Below, piece by piece: positions 28,074 through 38,076 of a stretch of 40,838 nucleotides of DNA. The notes beneath the pieces were generated by a model that was not told where the DNA came from, did no database searches, and saw only the letters and a list, made by a program, of their open reading frames with translations. The stretch covers positions 1 to 40,838 of the IMG/VR virus record IMGVR_UViG_3300032239_000780; one strand, given 5' to 3'. Positions within the stretch are counted from its first letter, which is position 1; the number at the start of each line of letters is the position of its first letter. Origin of the DNA: a virus. Lineage: Duplodnaviria > Caudoviricetes. Both the position numbers and the translations under genes were made by a program.

Positions 28074-28531
28074 GCGTACAACTGATTGCCTATGAACGTA
28101 TGAGTGAACGATCTCGTGCTCAGAAGTTAGAGCAACAGACTCCAGGGTCCGCTGGATATGATCTTGCAAATGGAACTGCTGAACGTATATCGATTCATCC
28201 TGGTAAACATGCCATTGTTAGAACTGGTATTAAGATACAACTACCTACGGGATACGAACTGCAGGTAAGAAGTCGCAGCGGACTCGCTGCCAAGAATGGC
28301 GTCATTGTGCTGAACTCACCGGGAACTGTTGACTCTGATTTTCAAGGGGAAATCTGCGTTATCTTGTACAACGCTGGCGGTGATGTGTTTTACGTAGAAC
28401 CAGGCGCCCGTATTGCACAAGCAATCATTAATAAGCTGCCAGACGTTGAACTAGTTGAAACTATGACTATGGACATGTTTATGGAGGAATCAGTACGTGG
28501 ACAAAACGGGTTCGGAAGTACAGGATCTTAA
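28070..28531 (+). CDS. dut: Trimeric dUTPase
   Basis: SAGYDL, RSRSGLA, GTVDSDFQGEI, RIAQ, RGQNGFGSTG. Confidence 0.95.
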   Translation: MSVQLIAYERMSERSRAQKLEQQTPGSAGYDLANGTAERISIHPGKHAIVRTGIKIQLPTGYELQVRSRSGLAAKNGVIVLNSPGTVDSDFQGEICVILYNAGGDVFYVEPGARIAQAIINKLPDVELVETMTMDMFMEESVRGQNGFGSTGS

Positions 28532-28850
28532 TCAACACTACGCAAAAGCATGTGACGTACAACCAGTAGATGTAGCAGATGCCTGGAACCTTGATAGGTA
28601 CGAATTTAGTGCATTAAAATATATCTACCGACGGGGAAATAAAGAAGGCAACACGCGCAAATCAGACCTCATGAAAGCAATTTGGTACCTTGTGTACGCG
28701 CTTTCTAAGGATAAAAAACTCTGCGCAATGGTCATTGAGCTGGTAAAACTACACAACAAATACAAGGAGCTGCCAAATGATACGAGCAACAAACCGACCG
28801 ATCGCTCTAAAAGCGATCCAGAATTCCCGTATGAACATTGGAGTAACTGA
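28497..28850 (+). CDS. DUF3310 (T7 gp1.7 / SaV-like) protein
   Basis: QHY...QPVD...ALKYIYRRGNK...DLMKAIWYL. Confidence 0.7.
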   Translation: MDKTGSEVQDLNQHYAKACDVQPVDVADAWNLDRYEFSALKYIYRRGNKEGNTRKSDLMKAIWYLVYALSKDKKLCAMVIELVKLHNKYKELPNDTSNKPTDRSKSDPEFPYEHWSN

Positions 28851-29328
28851 AGAAGGCGGAGAGAACCGTGGAAAAGCAGTTGAATCTTATCTGGCTAGTT
28901 GCATTCCAGCTCTCCCACCCGGCTCTCCATGGTGTGTGGCTGTTCAACGCTTTCGACTTAAACAAGCATCAACAGAACTAGGTCATACTTACGATGCAAC
29001 AATGCCACGTACTGGCTATACACCAGACTACGTAGCTTGGGCATACCGTACCGGGAAATGGATTAGCGTAGCGCAAGCAAAAAATGATTCTTCCTTGGTA
29101 AAAGAAGGCGACTTGGTCTGTTTCTACTTTGCACAAATGGGCCGACACGCCCACATGGGTATGGTAGACAAAGTTGCTGACTGGGGCGTACACACCATTG
29201 AAGGAAATACATCACCAGAAACCGGAGATCTTGAATTTGTTGATAGAGATGGTGACGGCTATTACCCAAAAGTAAGGAATTGGGCTGAACTAGGAGTCAA
29301 AGGCGGTTTCATTGCACTTGATTTCTAG
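28777..29328 (+). CDS. CHAP-domain endolysin
   Basis: IGVTEEGGENRG..V..Y, PWC, GDLV.F, HMGMV, TIEGNT. Confidence 0.8.
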   Translation: MIRATNRPIALKAIQNSRMNIGVTEEGGENRGKAVESYLASCIPALPPGSPWCVAVQRFRLKQASTELGHTYDATMPRTGYTPDYVAWAYRTGKWISVAQAKNDSSLVKEGDLVCFYFAQMGRHAHMGMVDKVADWGVHTIEGNTSPETGDLEFVDRDGDGYYPKVRNWAELGVKGGFIALDF

Positions 29329-29370
29329 GTATACTACCTACGTTTGAATAACTAACAACTAACCAAATGG

Positions 29371-29400
29371 AAAGCCTAGCAGCACAGTGCTAGGCTTTTT
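29371..29400 (+). terminator. Intrinsic terminator
   Basis: aaagcctagca-gcacag-tgctaggctttt. Confidence 0.8.
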
Positions 29401-29418
29401 AGTTTCTGTAAGACAAGA

Positions 29419-29456
29419 TGATATAATCCAATCGTTAACTAGTTTAACTAAGGAGG
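29419..29456 (+). promoter_or_regulatory. Extended -10 promoter, candidate operator and SD of the XRE gene
   Basis: TG-A-TATAAT at 29419-29427; GTTAA-ctagt-TTAAC at 29434-29448; AAGGAGG. Confidence 0.6.
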
Positions 29457-29463
29457 TAAAATA

Positions 29464-29781
29464 TTGAAAGAGTACGAACCACGTACACTTATTCACCACT
29501 TGCTAGACAAACAACGACTGTCACAGCGACGCTTCTCAGATTACATGGGCGTCGATGCACCTACTGTCTCGCAATGGTGCGCGGGTAAACGTGTACCAGC
29601 TAATGAAAGCATTGAAAAGATGGCTGATGTGCTCCAGGTAGATAGGTCATACCTACGTGGGTACATCCTTGCACTTAATGTTCTGCGTACAGAAACACCA
29701 GAAACAGCTGCACACATGTCAGATCACATTAAAAAAGAAATTGAGACTCGGTTTTTAAACAATCTCAATAAGGAGTTGTAA
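29464..29781 (+). CDS. XRE-family HTH transcriptional regulator
   Basis: LSQRRFSDYMGVDAPTVSQWCAGKRVP. Confidence 0.8.
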   Translation: MKEYEPRTLIHHLLDKQRLSQRRFSDYMGVDAPTVSQWCAGKRVPANESIEKMADVLQVDRSYLRGYILALNVLRTETPETAAHMSDHIKKEIETRFLNNLNKEL

Positions 29782-30168
29782 TTGCTTAATAAAGTTATTT
29801 TAACGGGACGTATGGTGGCCGATCCTGAACCTGTTCAGACGTCTGGTAACACGGCAATCACTAAAGTGCGTGTAGCAGTAGATCGCAAGGGCCGTGAAAA
29901 AGAGACAGACTTCTTTGACTGTACGGCGTTTGGTAAGACTGCTGAATTCATTGAAACGTACTTGAACAAGGGACGCATGGTCGCACTCATCGGCCAGCTC
30001 CGTGTACGCTCGTATGACGCCAAGGATGGAAGTAAACGCAAGGTCTGGGAGATCGTCGTCGACGAAATTCATCCGCTAGATTCCCGTAAGACTACTGACG
30101 AACCAGTTACGACGTCATCTGGCAAGATGTCAGTAACTACAGATGACATCGAGGATCCATTTGCATGA
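29782..30168 (+). CDS. ssb: Single-stranded DNA-binding protein
   Basis: MLNKVILTGR..ADPE, ETDFFDC.AFGKTAE, acidic C-terminus ending EDPFA. Confidence 0.95.
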   Translation: MLNKVILTGRMVADPEPVQTSGNTAITKVRVAVDRKGREKETDFFDCTAFGKTAEFIETYLNKGRMVALIGQLRVRSYDAKDGSKRKVWEIVVDEIHPLDSRKTTDEPVTTSSGKMSVTTDDIEDPFA

Positions 30169-30434
30169 CACGCGAAAAGATTGAAGAGATCTGCGAAAGC
30201 GCAGTAGGCGGTAAAGAAGAAGCTGGCACATTGCTAGCTGACGGACTAGACGCTGGGTTTCTTGGTGTTACTGATGATGGCATCGCTGTATACAGTAAAG
30301 AAAAATGTGTTCGCGCACTCATGGAACAAGATGGCCTATCTGACGAAGAAGCCATTGAATTCCTTGAATACAACACATTTAGTACTTACGTGGGTGAGAT
30401 GACGCCGATGTTTATTAACACTGGCTGGGATTAG
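30165..30434 (+). CDS. Hypothetical phage protein
   Basis: ADGLDAGFLG...DGLSDEEAIEFLEYNT...YVGEMTP; ATGA coupled. Confidence 0.7.
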   Translation: MTREKIEEICESAVGGKEEAGTLLADGLDAGFLGVTDDGIAVYSKEKCVRALMEQDGLSDEEAIEFLEYNTFSTYVGEMTPMFINTGWD

Positions 30435-30679
30435 CAATCCCACGCTCGCAATGACTTATTGATTCGACTATTCGGATCGTTAGCTGTCTTGGATGAAGTG
30501 TTCTTTGCCTTCATCCCAGACATGCGAGCGCAGAATGATTTACGCCTAGCTGCATCTTTAGGTGTCTTGGGATTTGGAGCAGGTGGCTTAAGGTTAGCAC
30601 CGGTAGTCTTTTTGTAATACGCACGGCCAGCTGCGTTTAGACCACCTGCTGGATTTTGTAGTTTTTTAGTAACGCCCAT
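30431..30679 (-). CDS. Small basic phage protein (DUF6321-like)
   Basis: GGLNAAGR...RRKSFCARM...DPNSRINKSLRAWDC. Confidence 0.7.
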   Translation of the reverse strand: MGVTKKLQNPAGGLNAAGRAYYKKTTGANLKPPAPNPKTPKDAARRKSFCARMSGMKAKNTSSKTANDPNSRINKSLRAWDC

Positions 30680-30693
30680 AGCGCATTGTACTA

Positions 30694-31008
30694 CTACTTG
30701 ATGTAGCCAAGCTTACGGGCCTTCTGTACGGCCTGTACACGGGCGCCACGGCCACTGCAGCCTAGCTTCCAGTACATTGCATCCATATGGAATTGAACCG
30801 TCCTGTGGCTAATCAGAAGCGACTGGGCCATCTGCTTTGCAGTCATGCCACCAGCCATCATCTTGACGATTTCCTTTTCGCGTGGACTGAGTTCATAGGA
30901 TCCATCAGTAGGTTTTGCAGTTTCAGTTTCGGTTTCCTCACCGATCTTCCTCCACTCAAAACCATCAAAATATTCGCCTTCACGTCGGCCTGGCGTTTCT
31001 TCTTCCAT
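30694..31008 (-). CDS. LuxR-family HTH regulator
   Basis: LSPREKEIV...GMTAKQMAQSLLISHRTVQFH...YWKLG. Confidence 0.9.
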   Translation of the reverse strand: MEEETPGRREGEYFDGFEWRKIGEETETETAKPTDGSYELSPREKEIVKMMAGGMTAKQMAQSLLISHRTVQFHMDAMYWKLGCSGRGARVQAVQKARKLGYIK

Positions 31009-31090
31009 ATGAATATTCCTTGATGTACAATCTGGTTATGTAATACATGCAGTATTAGCAAGTAAGTATAACACACGAGGAAGTAAAAAC

Positions 31091-31642
31091 ATGCCAAAAG
31101 ATGACGTTGTAGATAAAGTTGTAAGCGGAGTTAAAGGTGCTGCTAATGCGATTGAAAAAACAGCTTCAAATGGCGTATTTCAAGTTCGTAAGGCTATTTA
31201 TGGGTTGACACCCAATGGCTATACACAAGATGAACGCAACGCAATGGAAGACGAAGCCATTAAAGATCTTCCAAACTGGTGGGGTAAGAAAAGTAAATAT
31301 AAAGATCAGTACGCAGATCTTATTAGGCAGGAATCTCGTACTCCAGGACCATTGGGGACCAAGTCAAACAGAGATCAAATGGTTGATGACATGGGTGGTC
31401 AGGTACAGCGTGTAGTTACTGCTAAAAATCGACAAAATAAAGATTGGCCAGCAACGCGTCAAGAAAAGATTACTAGGGCAAAAGCAGCTGCTGCAAAAAA
31501 TAGTGGAGTAGCAAAACCGGCGACAACACCTGTAAAAATATCCGCAAAGCAAGCTGCAACTGCAATGTCTGGGATATCTTCCAGTTCTAAGCCAGCACCA
31601 ACAATGCGCAGTTTGATGGGTATACCGAAACCAAAGAAATGA
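31091..31642 (+). CDS. Hypothetical basic protein
   Basis: GAGG SD; first gene of the rightward late block. Confidence 0.7.
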   Translation: MPKDDVVDKVVSGVKGAANAIEKTASNGVFQVRKAIYGLTPNGYTQDERNAMEDEAIKDLPNWWGKKSKYKDQYADLIRQESRTPGPLGTKSNRDQMVDDMGGQVQRVVTAKNRQNKDWPATRQEKITRAKAAAAKNSGVAKPATTPVKISAKQAATAMSGISSSSKPAPTMRSLMGIPKPKK

Positions 31643-31800
31643 AAACAAAAGCGCATCCCGGCTTTAAAGCCGTACAAGCAAAAATCGCTGCCAAGTCTGG
31701 AATACCAATGAAAAACGCTGGTGCCATACTTGCTTCTGCTAGTCGTAATGCTTCTCCTGCAGCAAAGAAAGCTAATTCAGCACTAAAGAAGGTCAAATGA
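31639..31800 (+). CDS. 53-aa basic protein (not in the ORF track)
   Basis: MKTKAHPGFKAVQAKIAAKSGIPMKNAGAILASASRNASPAAKKANSALKKVK; ATGA overlaps. Confidence 0.7.
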   Translation: MKTKAHPGFKAVQAKIAAKSGIPMKNAGAILASASRNASPAAKKANSALKKVK

Positions 31801-32042
31801 TGGCTATTGGACAAATGAACAAACACATCAATCATCTATCAATGCGCAAACTATTGGGTATTGAACAAAAAGAACACGGCATGAAATCTAAGCCAACCGC
31901 AAAAGATATGCCCGGCATGGAACAGAAAGAACATGGTCTTAAGTCGAAACCACCAATGAATAAAATTATGCAAATGGAAAATAAAGAGCACATTAAAAAC
32001 GGAAAGATCGTAATTGGACGTGAAAAAGGCATGAAGAAATGA
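31797..32042 (+). CDS. Small basic protein with EQKEHG repeats
   Basis: EQKEHGMKSKP / EQKEHGLKSKP / ENKEH. Confidence 0.7.
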   Translation: MMAIGQMNKHINHLSMRKLLGIEQKEHGMKSKPTAKDMPGMEQKEHGLKSKPPMNKIMQMENKEHIKNGKIVIGREKGMKK

Positions 32043-32209
32043 AATGCAAAGAATGTGGCAAAACATTGGTTAATGGTGCATGTCCAGGGTGTTCCAAGAA
32101 GTCTATGGGGCAGATGATGGGTATGAAGCAAGGTATGAAAAAAGGTATGACGAATTCCAAGGCTCAAGGGAAAAAGTCTATGCCTATGGGATTCATGCGT
32201 GGCAAGTAA
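32039..32209 (+). CDS. 56-aa Met/Lys-rich protein with CxxC...CxxC (not in the ORF track)
   Basis: MKCKECGKTLVNGACPGCSKKSMGQMMGMKQG...; ATGA coupled. Confidence 0.65.
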   Translation: MKCKECGKTLVNGACPGCSKKSMGQMMGMKQGMKKGMTNSKAQGKKSMPMGFMRGK

Positions 32210-32411
32210 GAAAATAGTACCGACCGAAGAAGAGGTAAAGGCGGTACTACCAAATCAGCCTCAAAACACCAGGCAAATGCCAATGCAGGGTAATCGTCGT
32301 CTCAACATGGCAAGAGCGCAGAATGGCCTTACTGGAGTCTCACAGCGACTATCCATGAATAACTTGATGGGACTTGCAGCACGAAAGTCTCCATACGGAC
32401 CAGGACAATAA
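32199..32411 (+). CDS. Hypothetical protein
   Basis: ORF fills the gap in the operon. Confidence 0.6.
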   Translation: MASKKIVPTEEEVKAVLPNQPQNTRQMPMQGNRRLNMARAQNGLTGVSQRLSMNNLMGLAARKSPYGPGQ

Positions 32412-32413
32412 TC

Positions 32414-34825
32414 ATGCCTAAGCAAACGACACAAGATAATCGATCTGATGAAGAAATAGCAGCCACAAACAACAGTAGAAATATAGCTATTGGTGCCACA
32501 GGACTTGCTGGAGCTGCTGCAATTGGCAATCAAGTTCATCGGCAAATTATTGGTAATCGTTTGCTTAACATGATGTATCAGAGTCAGGAAGGACGTAAAT
32601 TGCTCACTAAAGTAGGAGCAGTTGCTGATATCAAAGATCCTAATTTCAACAAAAAAGATACACCTAAGAGTGTTGTTGATAAAGTAAAAGAACGTGTATC
32701 TACAAGTTCTGGAACTAAATCTACAGGTCAATCTGGCGGACGAGTAGGAAAAACAAACGTAGTATCAAAAACAAAAATTAGGCAAAGCGCCACAGATCAG
32801 CAAATTCAATCGGAGATCAAACGATTGGTTAACGATGAAATTGCAAGAATTACGGAAACTAGTAAAAAAATAACAAACCCGCTTGACGCATCGCAACCTG
32901 CCGATAACACTGTTGCAGTTGAAAAAAGCATGGATCGTAAAAAGATCGAAACAGAAAAAACAACAGGGCGAAGTGAAGTAAAACAAGCACGTGCTGATCA
33001 ACCTGCTGTGATTGCAGCAGCCAAACAAGAAGTAAAAAAAGCAAAAGAAAGGCCTAATCCAAGTGACACGGATATACAGCAAGCTAGAGATGCTGCAGTG
33101 CAATCACGGCTTGATTTAGAAGCAGCTAAACTCGGAGCAAATGGAGGCAATGTTGGGTATCAAGCCGATCAGGATGCCGGACGTGTTCGTGACGCTATTA
33201 CTGCACGTATGCCAGAACTTGTCACAGCGCGAAGGTCATTGATCCGGCAATATAATGCAGCGGTAAAAGCATTAGGACCAAAACCAAAAACTGGCACATC
33301 AAGCAGTAGCAGGACAGCACTTGCCGAATGGAATGAAAAACAAAAACAAATAACCGCAATGAAATCGCAACTTGACACTATTGATCAGGTAGTAACAAAA
33401 AGTGGTGGTTTAGCGCCAGGTTATTCAGTTCCTACTGACGATGCCGGAGGACGAAAAATATATCCATCCATTGATGAAATTCTTGCTGGTGGTGGAAGGA
33501 TGGGTAACACTGAACTTGCTGGTAATGTGGCATCGTTAATTGGAAACCAAAGTCAAAATGCATCTACACCTGGTCGATATACATTTGGTGTAGAGCCAGA
33601 TGCAGATGTTGCAGCAGCAAAAACAGGATTTAATAACGCGTTAGGTAATTACAACACGCTTCAAAACCAGCAGAAAACGTACGATTTTAATATCAATCGT
33701 GCTGAAAATGCTGCCACGGCAGCATCTCAACCAATTCCACCATATGCTCAACCGCGTATGGATTATCCAGAACCTGGTGAAAAATTTTCATTCGAAGTGC
33801 CAGTTGAACCGTCTATGCCATTTTACGCACAAGGTAGAGACGCAGTAGATCCATACGCTAATCTTGGCATTAGAGGAGACATCATTCCAGAACGTCCGTT
33901 TAATCCTGCAATGGACAGGAATGCCATTTTTGATACGGGACAATTTACTGATTGGATGGGTAAATACAATGCCGAGCTACCAAGCGTTCAGCCTAGAACA
34001 GCAGTACAAGATACGGGGAATCTCGGTAGATTGCGAGCTATTGCGTCGTCTGAAAAATTTAATACTGATGAGCCAAACAATGGATTGATTAAACGTTTGC
34101 AAAAATTACTTGGTGGAGGAGTTAGTCCTAGTGCTGTTACAAACGCTAGTAATCAAGCAACAATAAAAGCAAACAATGACAATGCCATGAGGGCATTCTC
34201 TGGAAAGTTTGGACATGGTCCAGATATGAATAATCCTGAGCATGTTAAATGGCTAGAAGAAAAAGGTTACAGTAAACCGTCACTTGCAACTAGAGATGTT
34301 GATGGTTTAAAAAGTGGTGGCCTTACAAAAATAACATTGCCTGATTTTGGATGGGGGCGTCGTGCTGAAGCATTTGACGCAGCTCAGAAAATTGGATTGC
34401 GTACTGGAAATGCTAACCCAACATTAATTGGTGGTAAAACTGGAAGAGTTAAAGGTTACCTTGGCAGTGTTGCTGGTGGTGTAATCCCACTGGCTGCAGG
34501 TTATATGTGGAACAGAGCTGAAGGAGCAAAAGCCGAGGAAGATGCTAAAGCTCAAATAGCAAAAGCTAAAGTTGAAGCACCAAAGGTAAAACAAGCATTC
34601 AGCGACAATGCAACCATACAACATAATGCAGCAAATGTAGTTCAAACCATGGCTGGATTAGAAGGTTCTAACAGAATTAATCCAAATGCGTTGGCTGCAA
34701 AAGCTATTCAAGCCATAGAAGATCAAGGATCAAATAAAGAACTAAGAGAGTTTTATTTAAAACATAAAGCTGATATGCGATCAGCAATTATAACAGAGGC
34801 GAAAAAAATTATGGGTGGAAAATAA
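32414..34825 (+). CDS. 803-aa hypothetical protein, probably internal virion protein
   Basis: Long Ala/Gly/Lys-rich ORF in the late block. Confidence 0.6.
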   Translation: MPKQTTQDNRSDEEIAATNNSRNIAIGATGLAGAAAIGNQVHRQIIGNRLLNMMYQSQEGRKLLTKVGAVADIKDPNFNKKDTPKSVVDKVKERVSTSSGTKSTGQSGGRVGKTNVVSKTKIRQSATDQQIQSEIKRLVNDEIARITETSKKITNPLDASQPADNTVAVEKSMDRKKIETEKTTGRSEVKQARADQPAVIAAAKQEVKKAKERPNPSDTDIQQARDAAVQSRLDLEAAKLGANGGNVGYQADQDAGRVRDAITARMPELVTARRSLIRQYNAAVKALGPKPKTGTSSSSRTALAEWNEKQKQITAMKSQLDTIDQVVTKSGGLAPGYSVPTDDAGGRKIYPSIDEILAGGGRMGNTELAGNVASLIGNQSQNASTPGRYTFGVEPDADVAAAKTGFNNALGNYNTLQNQQKTYDFNINRAENAATAASQPIPPYAQPRMDYPEPGEKFSFEVPVEPSMPFYAQGRDAVDPYANLGIRGDIIPERPFNPAMDRNAIFDTGQFTDWMGKYNAELPSVQPRTAVQDTGNLGRLRAIASSEKFNTDEPNNGLIKRLQKLLGGGVSPSAVTNASNQATIKANNDNAMRAFSGKFGHGPDMNNPEHVKWLEEKGYSKPSLATRDVDGLKSGGLTKITLPDFGWGRRAEAFDAAQKIGLRTGNANPTLIGGKTGRVKGYLGSVAGGVIPLAAGYMWNRAEGAKAEEDAKAQIAKAKVEAPKVKQAFSDNATIQHNAANVVQTMAGLEGSNRINPNALAAKAIQAIEDQGSNKELREFYLKHKADMRSAIITEAKKIMGGK

Positions 34826-35583
34826 TGGGACCTCAAGATAGTTTTGCATTGCAATTACTTAAAGCCAGTGGACGTTTAGCAAAAAAATATGCTGCTAGCG
34901 TACCGTGGCTGTATGAAACTGCAGCTAATACACTCGACAATATTGTAGATGCACCCAAAGTGGCTTTAGATTATTACGCCAGAGAATTTAAGCCAACACC
35001 ACAAATGATGGATAAGTTGCAAAATGTTAAAGATTTTGTAGGTGAATTTAGCAATGTGCCAATGGCTCCTCCGTTTTTAGGCAGAGGTAAATCAGACAGA
35101 GGATATTTACCTATCGCAAATATGGCTATGGGTAGCGATATGTCTGGAGGCCCGATTGGTTTTGATAGCACGTACCCTCAATATGCAGCAAACAGTAATG
35201 CACAATTAGCATCACGAGAAGCAGAAGAGTTAGAGCATGTACGAAAACCGTTTAATGACTGGGAAGCGTTGCATAGTGCTGTTATGCAACGATATCAAGA
35301 TACCGCTAAATTTCAATCAGACATGCGTAAAGATCCAAGGATAATTAAAGCAGCTGGCGGTGATCCTAGAAGGATGGCTGCGATTATTCATCAAGCTACA
35401 ATTGCTCGAAATAACAACCTTCGCAACAGTGGAAAGTTGTTTAATGCAGCTGATTCTGTCCGTGGATATCGTTTCTATAAAGACCCATTGGAACCACGTG
35501 GGTCAATGAAATCTGGGAACATGCACGAAACAGGTTTTGATTTACCAGACATGACAGGTCGGCAACCGTACATCATCCGCTAG
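34825..35583 (+). CDS. Hypothetical protein
   Basis: TAATG-coupled ORF. Confidence 0.7.
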   Translation: MGPQDSFALQLLKASGRLAKKYAASVPWLYETAANTLDNIVDAPKVALDYYAREFKPTPQMMDKLQNVKDFVGEFSNVPMAPPFLGRGKSDRGYLPIANMAMGSDMSGGPIGFDSTYPQYAANSNAQLASREAEELEHVRKPFNDWEALHSAVMQRYQDTAKFQSDMRKDPRIIKAAGGDPRRMAAIIHQATIARNNNLRNSGKLFNAADSVRGYRFYKDPLEPRGSMKSGNMHETGFDLPDMTGRQPYIIR

Positions 35584-35603
35584 TAAGTTGGTATTATTGA
35601 TGT

Positions 35604-36356
35604 ATGTCAGAAATAGTAACAATTGATGGTAAGCGATACCGTATAACGGATAACAGAAAAGTGTTGCTATGCAATGGAACAACAGTTGATCAAAATGGAC
35701 CAAGACCGTGCAATGCTATGGCTCTTAAAGGGCGCGATTATTGTGCTTATCATGGCGGTAGGTCTCTCATAGGTCCAGCTCATCCTAATTTTATTACAGG
35801 CCTTGAATCTAAAAACTACAAAAGATTTAGCAATGTAGGTAAAGATCTTTTAGCTAAAATCGAAACATTACGTGAAGACCCAGATCTATTTAGTCTTAAA
35901 GATGATGCAGCATTTATTACTGCTATCATGGATGCAAGAGCTGAAGCTGCAGCTGAAGGCGTTGGTATTGATCAATACAAGAAGGTTCAAGCAGCATACT
36001 CTCTCGCGCATAGTAAGTTGGGGTCACCAGACTTCATTGACTCGTTTGAGCAAATTGGAGATGTATTGACCGAAACATTAGATCAATACGCTGCATCTAG
36101 AGACGTTATTGAGTTAATTGAAAAACGCGTCGGTATTGTAGAAGCTGAGCATAAAATGATGCATCAGAAAGCCTATACACTTGAAGTGGATCAAGCCTTT
36201 AGTTTAGCAATGCAAGTGCTGGACATTGTTCGTGAAAATGTACACAACGCCGAAGAACTTATTGCTATTCGAGCTGGAGTGCAACGATTACTTAAGGTTT
36301 ATAAGAGCGAAGACGAAGAAGTCATTGATGCGGAGGTCGTGAATGAATCTGCGTGA
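35604..36356 (+). CDS. Putative terminase small subunit (HGGxS motif)
   Basis: C...CNAMALKGRDYCAYHGGRS; directly upstream of TerL. Confidence 0.65.
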   Translation: MSEIVTIDGKRYRITDNRKVLLCNGTTVDQNGPRPCNAMALKGRDYCAYHGGRSLIGPAHPNFITGLESKNYKRFSNVGKDLLAKIETLREDPDLFSLKDDAAFITAIMDARAEAAAEGVGIDQYKKVQAAYSLAHSKLGSPDFIDSFEQIGDVLTETLDQYAASRDVIELIEKRVGIVEAEHKMMHQKAYTLEVDQAFSLAMQVLDIVRENVHNAEELIAIRAGVQRLLKVYKSEDEEVIDAEVVNESA

Positions 36357-38076
36357 TTTGGAGAAGATGACTCCAAAAAAATTTAAGCAGTTTGCTCGTC
36401 CTGACAAGCCACTTACGCATGCTTTACTTGAAGCGATGGATGCACGATTAAAAGAAGTTATCGAAACTGGAGATTACGATAGCGGAAAGGCGTTTAGCAT
36501 TAACGGATCAGACTTGGATTACCTTACATGGCTTAAAACATTTGCGCCTCACGCAGCATCGTCAGAACTTGCACCTCATCATAAACGCGCATGGGAATGG
36601 GCAGAAGGTTTAGAGCAGGGTGTCACTCCACCTGCGTTGATTGAGTGTTGGTTTCGTGGTGGCGGTAAAAGCACCACGATGGAACTTATATCAGCAAGGA
36701 TTGCAGTTAAAGGTACGCGTAGATTTCTATTGTACGTATGTAGTACTCAAGAAGCAGCTGACCGCCACGTTACAGACATTGCCAACGCAATGGAACGTTG
36801 TGGAATTGAAAGGGCAATGAACAAGTATGGCTTTAGTAAAGGCTGGAATGCGTCTAAGCTCCGAACTGCTAACGGTTTTAATGTTTTGGCTTTTGGCCTC
36901 GATACTGGTGCTCGTGGTGTTAAGTTGGACCATCTTCGCCCAGATTTTATTATCTTGGACGACATTGACGAATTGGACGACTCGGTTAATCGCGTTGAAA
37001 AAAAAGTGGCTACTATAACGCAAACAATTTTGCCAGCAAAGTCAAATGACTGTGCAGTCGTATTTGTGCAGAACCGCATACATGCTAACAGTGTTATGTC
37101 ACAGGTTTTGTCTGGCGAACTGGACATGTTGCAGAATCGCGTTCAAAGCCCGATAGTTCCGGCAATTAGTGATCTTCGATATGAACCTGTTGAAAAAGAA
37201 GATGGTCGCATGGGATACAGGATCACTAGTGGCACACCTTCATGGGAGCATAAAAACCTTGAGGTGTGTCAACAAGAGATAGATACTTACGGTCTAATTT
37301 CGTTTTTGCGCGAATGTCAGCATGACGTCGGCGTTGGTGGTCGATTCTTTCCAGAATTTAAGCAGTATGACGAAAAAGGCAATCCATGGCACGTGGTTGA
37401 CATCATTGACTTTAAACCATGGTGGAGATATTGGGCGTCTCACGACTTTGGTACAAACGCGCCTTGTGCGTTTTACTTATACTGTAGCGACGAACACGAA
37501 AACGTCTACGTCATAGGTGAAATTTATAAGTCTGGCATGGTGTCAAGTCAGCAAGCTGAAGCTGCTCTTGAATTGTTAGAGAAGTTTAAAATGGCTGAAC
37601 CAGTTGACCCAGAACGACGCGGTGGTGAATGGAAAACGCGTTTAGAAGCCATTGCGTTTGACTGGGGTAATACATTTCCGCCAGATAATCCAGCGCAACG
37701 CATTGGTGAGTATCCTGTTGAAGTTTGGTGGCGTAAAGGTATGCCAGCCGTACGTGCTGTCAAAGACCGCAAAGCAGGTTGGCGTCGCGTCAAAGAATGG
37801 TTATCTGCCACACGTATGACAGATGGTTCAGTAACACCAAAATTCAGAATTTTACGTAATGGCTGCCCAAATCTTATTCGTGAATTGGAAGCAGCCATGG
37901 CTGACCCACGAGATCCTGAAGACCTTGACAATGGAACTAAAAGTGACCACGCTCTTGACTCGTGCAGGTATGGTGTTATGTGGCGCGAATATCCGGTGTC
38001 ATGTGATTCTGTTCAATCACAAGGTAAGTTTAATCCAACATGGCTTGCTAAGAAGTCGCCAGAGGACTTTGTATGA
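36343..38076 (+). CDS. terL: Terminase large subunit
   Basis: FRGGGKST Walker A, RPDFIILDDID Walker B, HDFG and DHALDSCRY nuclease motifs. Confidence 0.92.
   Translation: MNLRDLEKMTPKKFKQFARPDKPLTHALLEAMDARLKEVIETGDYDSGKAFSINGSDLDYLTWLKTFAPHAASSELAPHHKRAWEWAEGLEQGVTPPALIECWFRGGGKSTTMELISARIAVKGTRRFLLYVCSTQEAADRHVTDIANAMERCGIERAMNKYGFSKGWNASKLRTANGFNVLAFGLDTGARGVKLDHLRPDFIILDDIDELDDSVNRVEKKVATITQTILPAKSNDCAVVFVQNRIHANSVMSQVLSGELDMLQNRVQSPIVPAISDLRYEPVEKEDGRMGYRITSGTPSWEHKNLEVCQQEIDTYGLISFLRECQHDVGVGGRFFPEFKQYDEKGNPWHVVDIIDFKPWWRYWASHDFGTNAPCAFYLYCSDEHENVYVIGEIYKSGMVSSQQAEAALELLEKFKMAEPVDPERRGGEWKTRLEAIAFDWGNTFPPDNPAQRIGEYPVEVWWRKGMPAVRAVKDRKAGWRRVKEWLSATRMTDGSVTPKFRILRNGCPNLIRELEAAMADPRDPEDLDNGTKSDHALDSCRYGVMWREYPVSCDSVQSQGKFNPTWLAKKSPEDFV

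Noticed and set aside
30383-30392. tacttacgtg match to the element core
   Set aside because: It lies inside a coding region and lacks all other modules, so it is probably chance.
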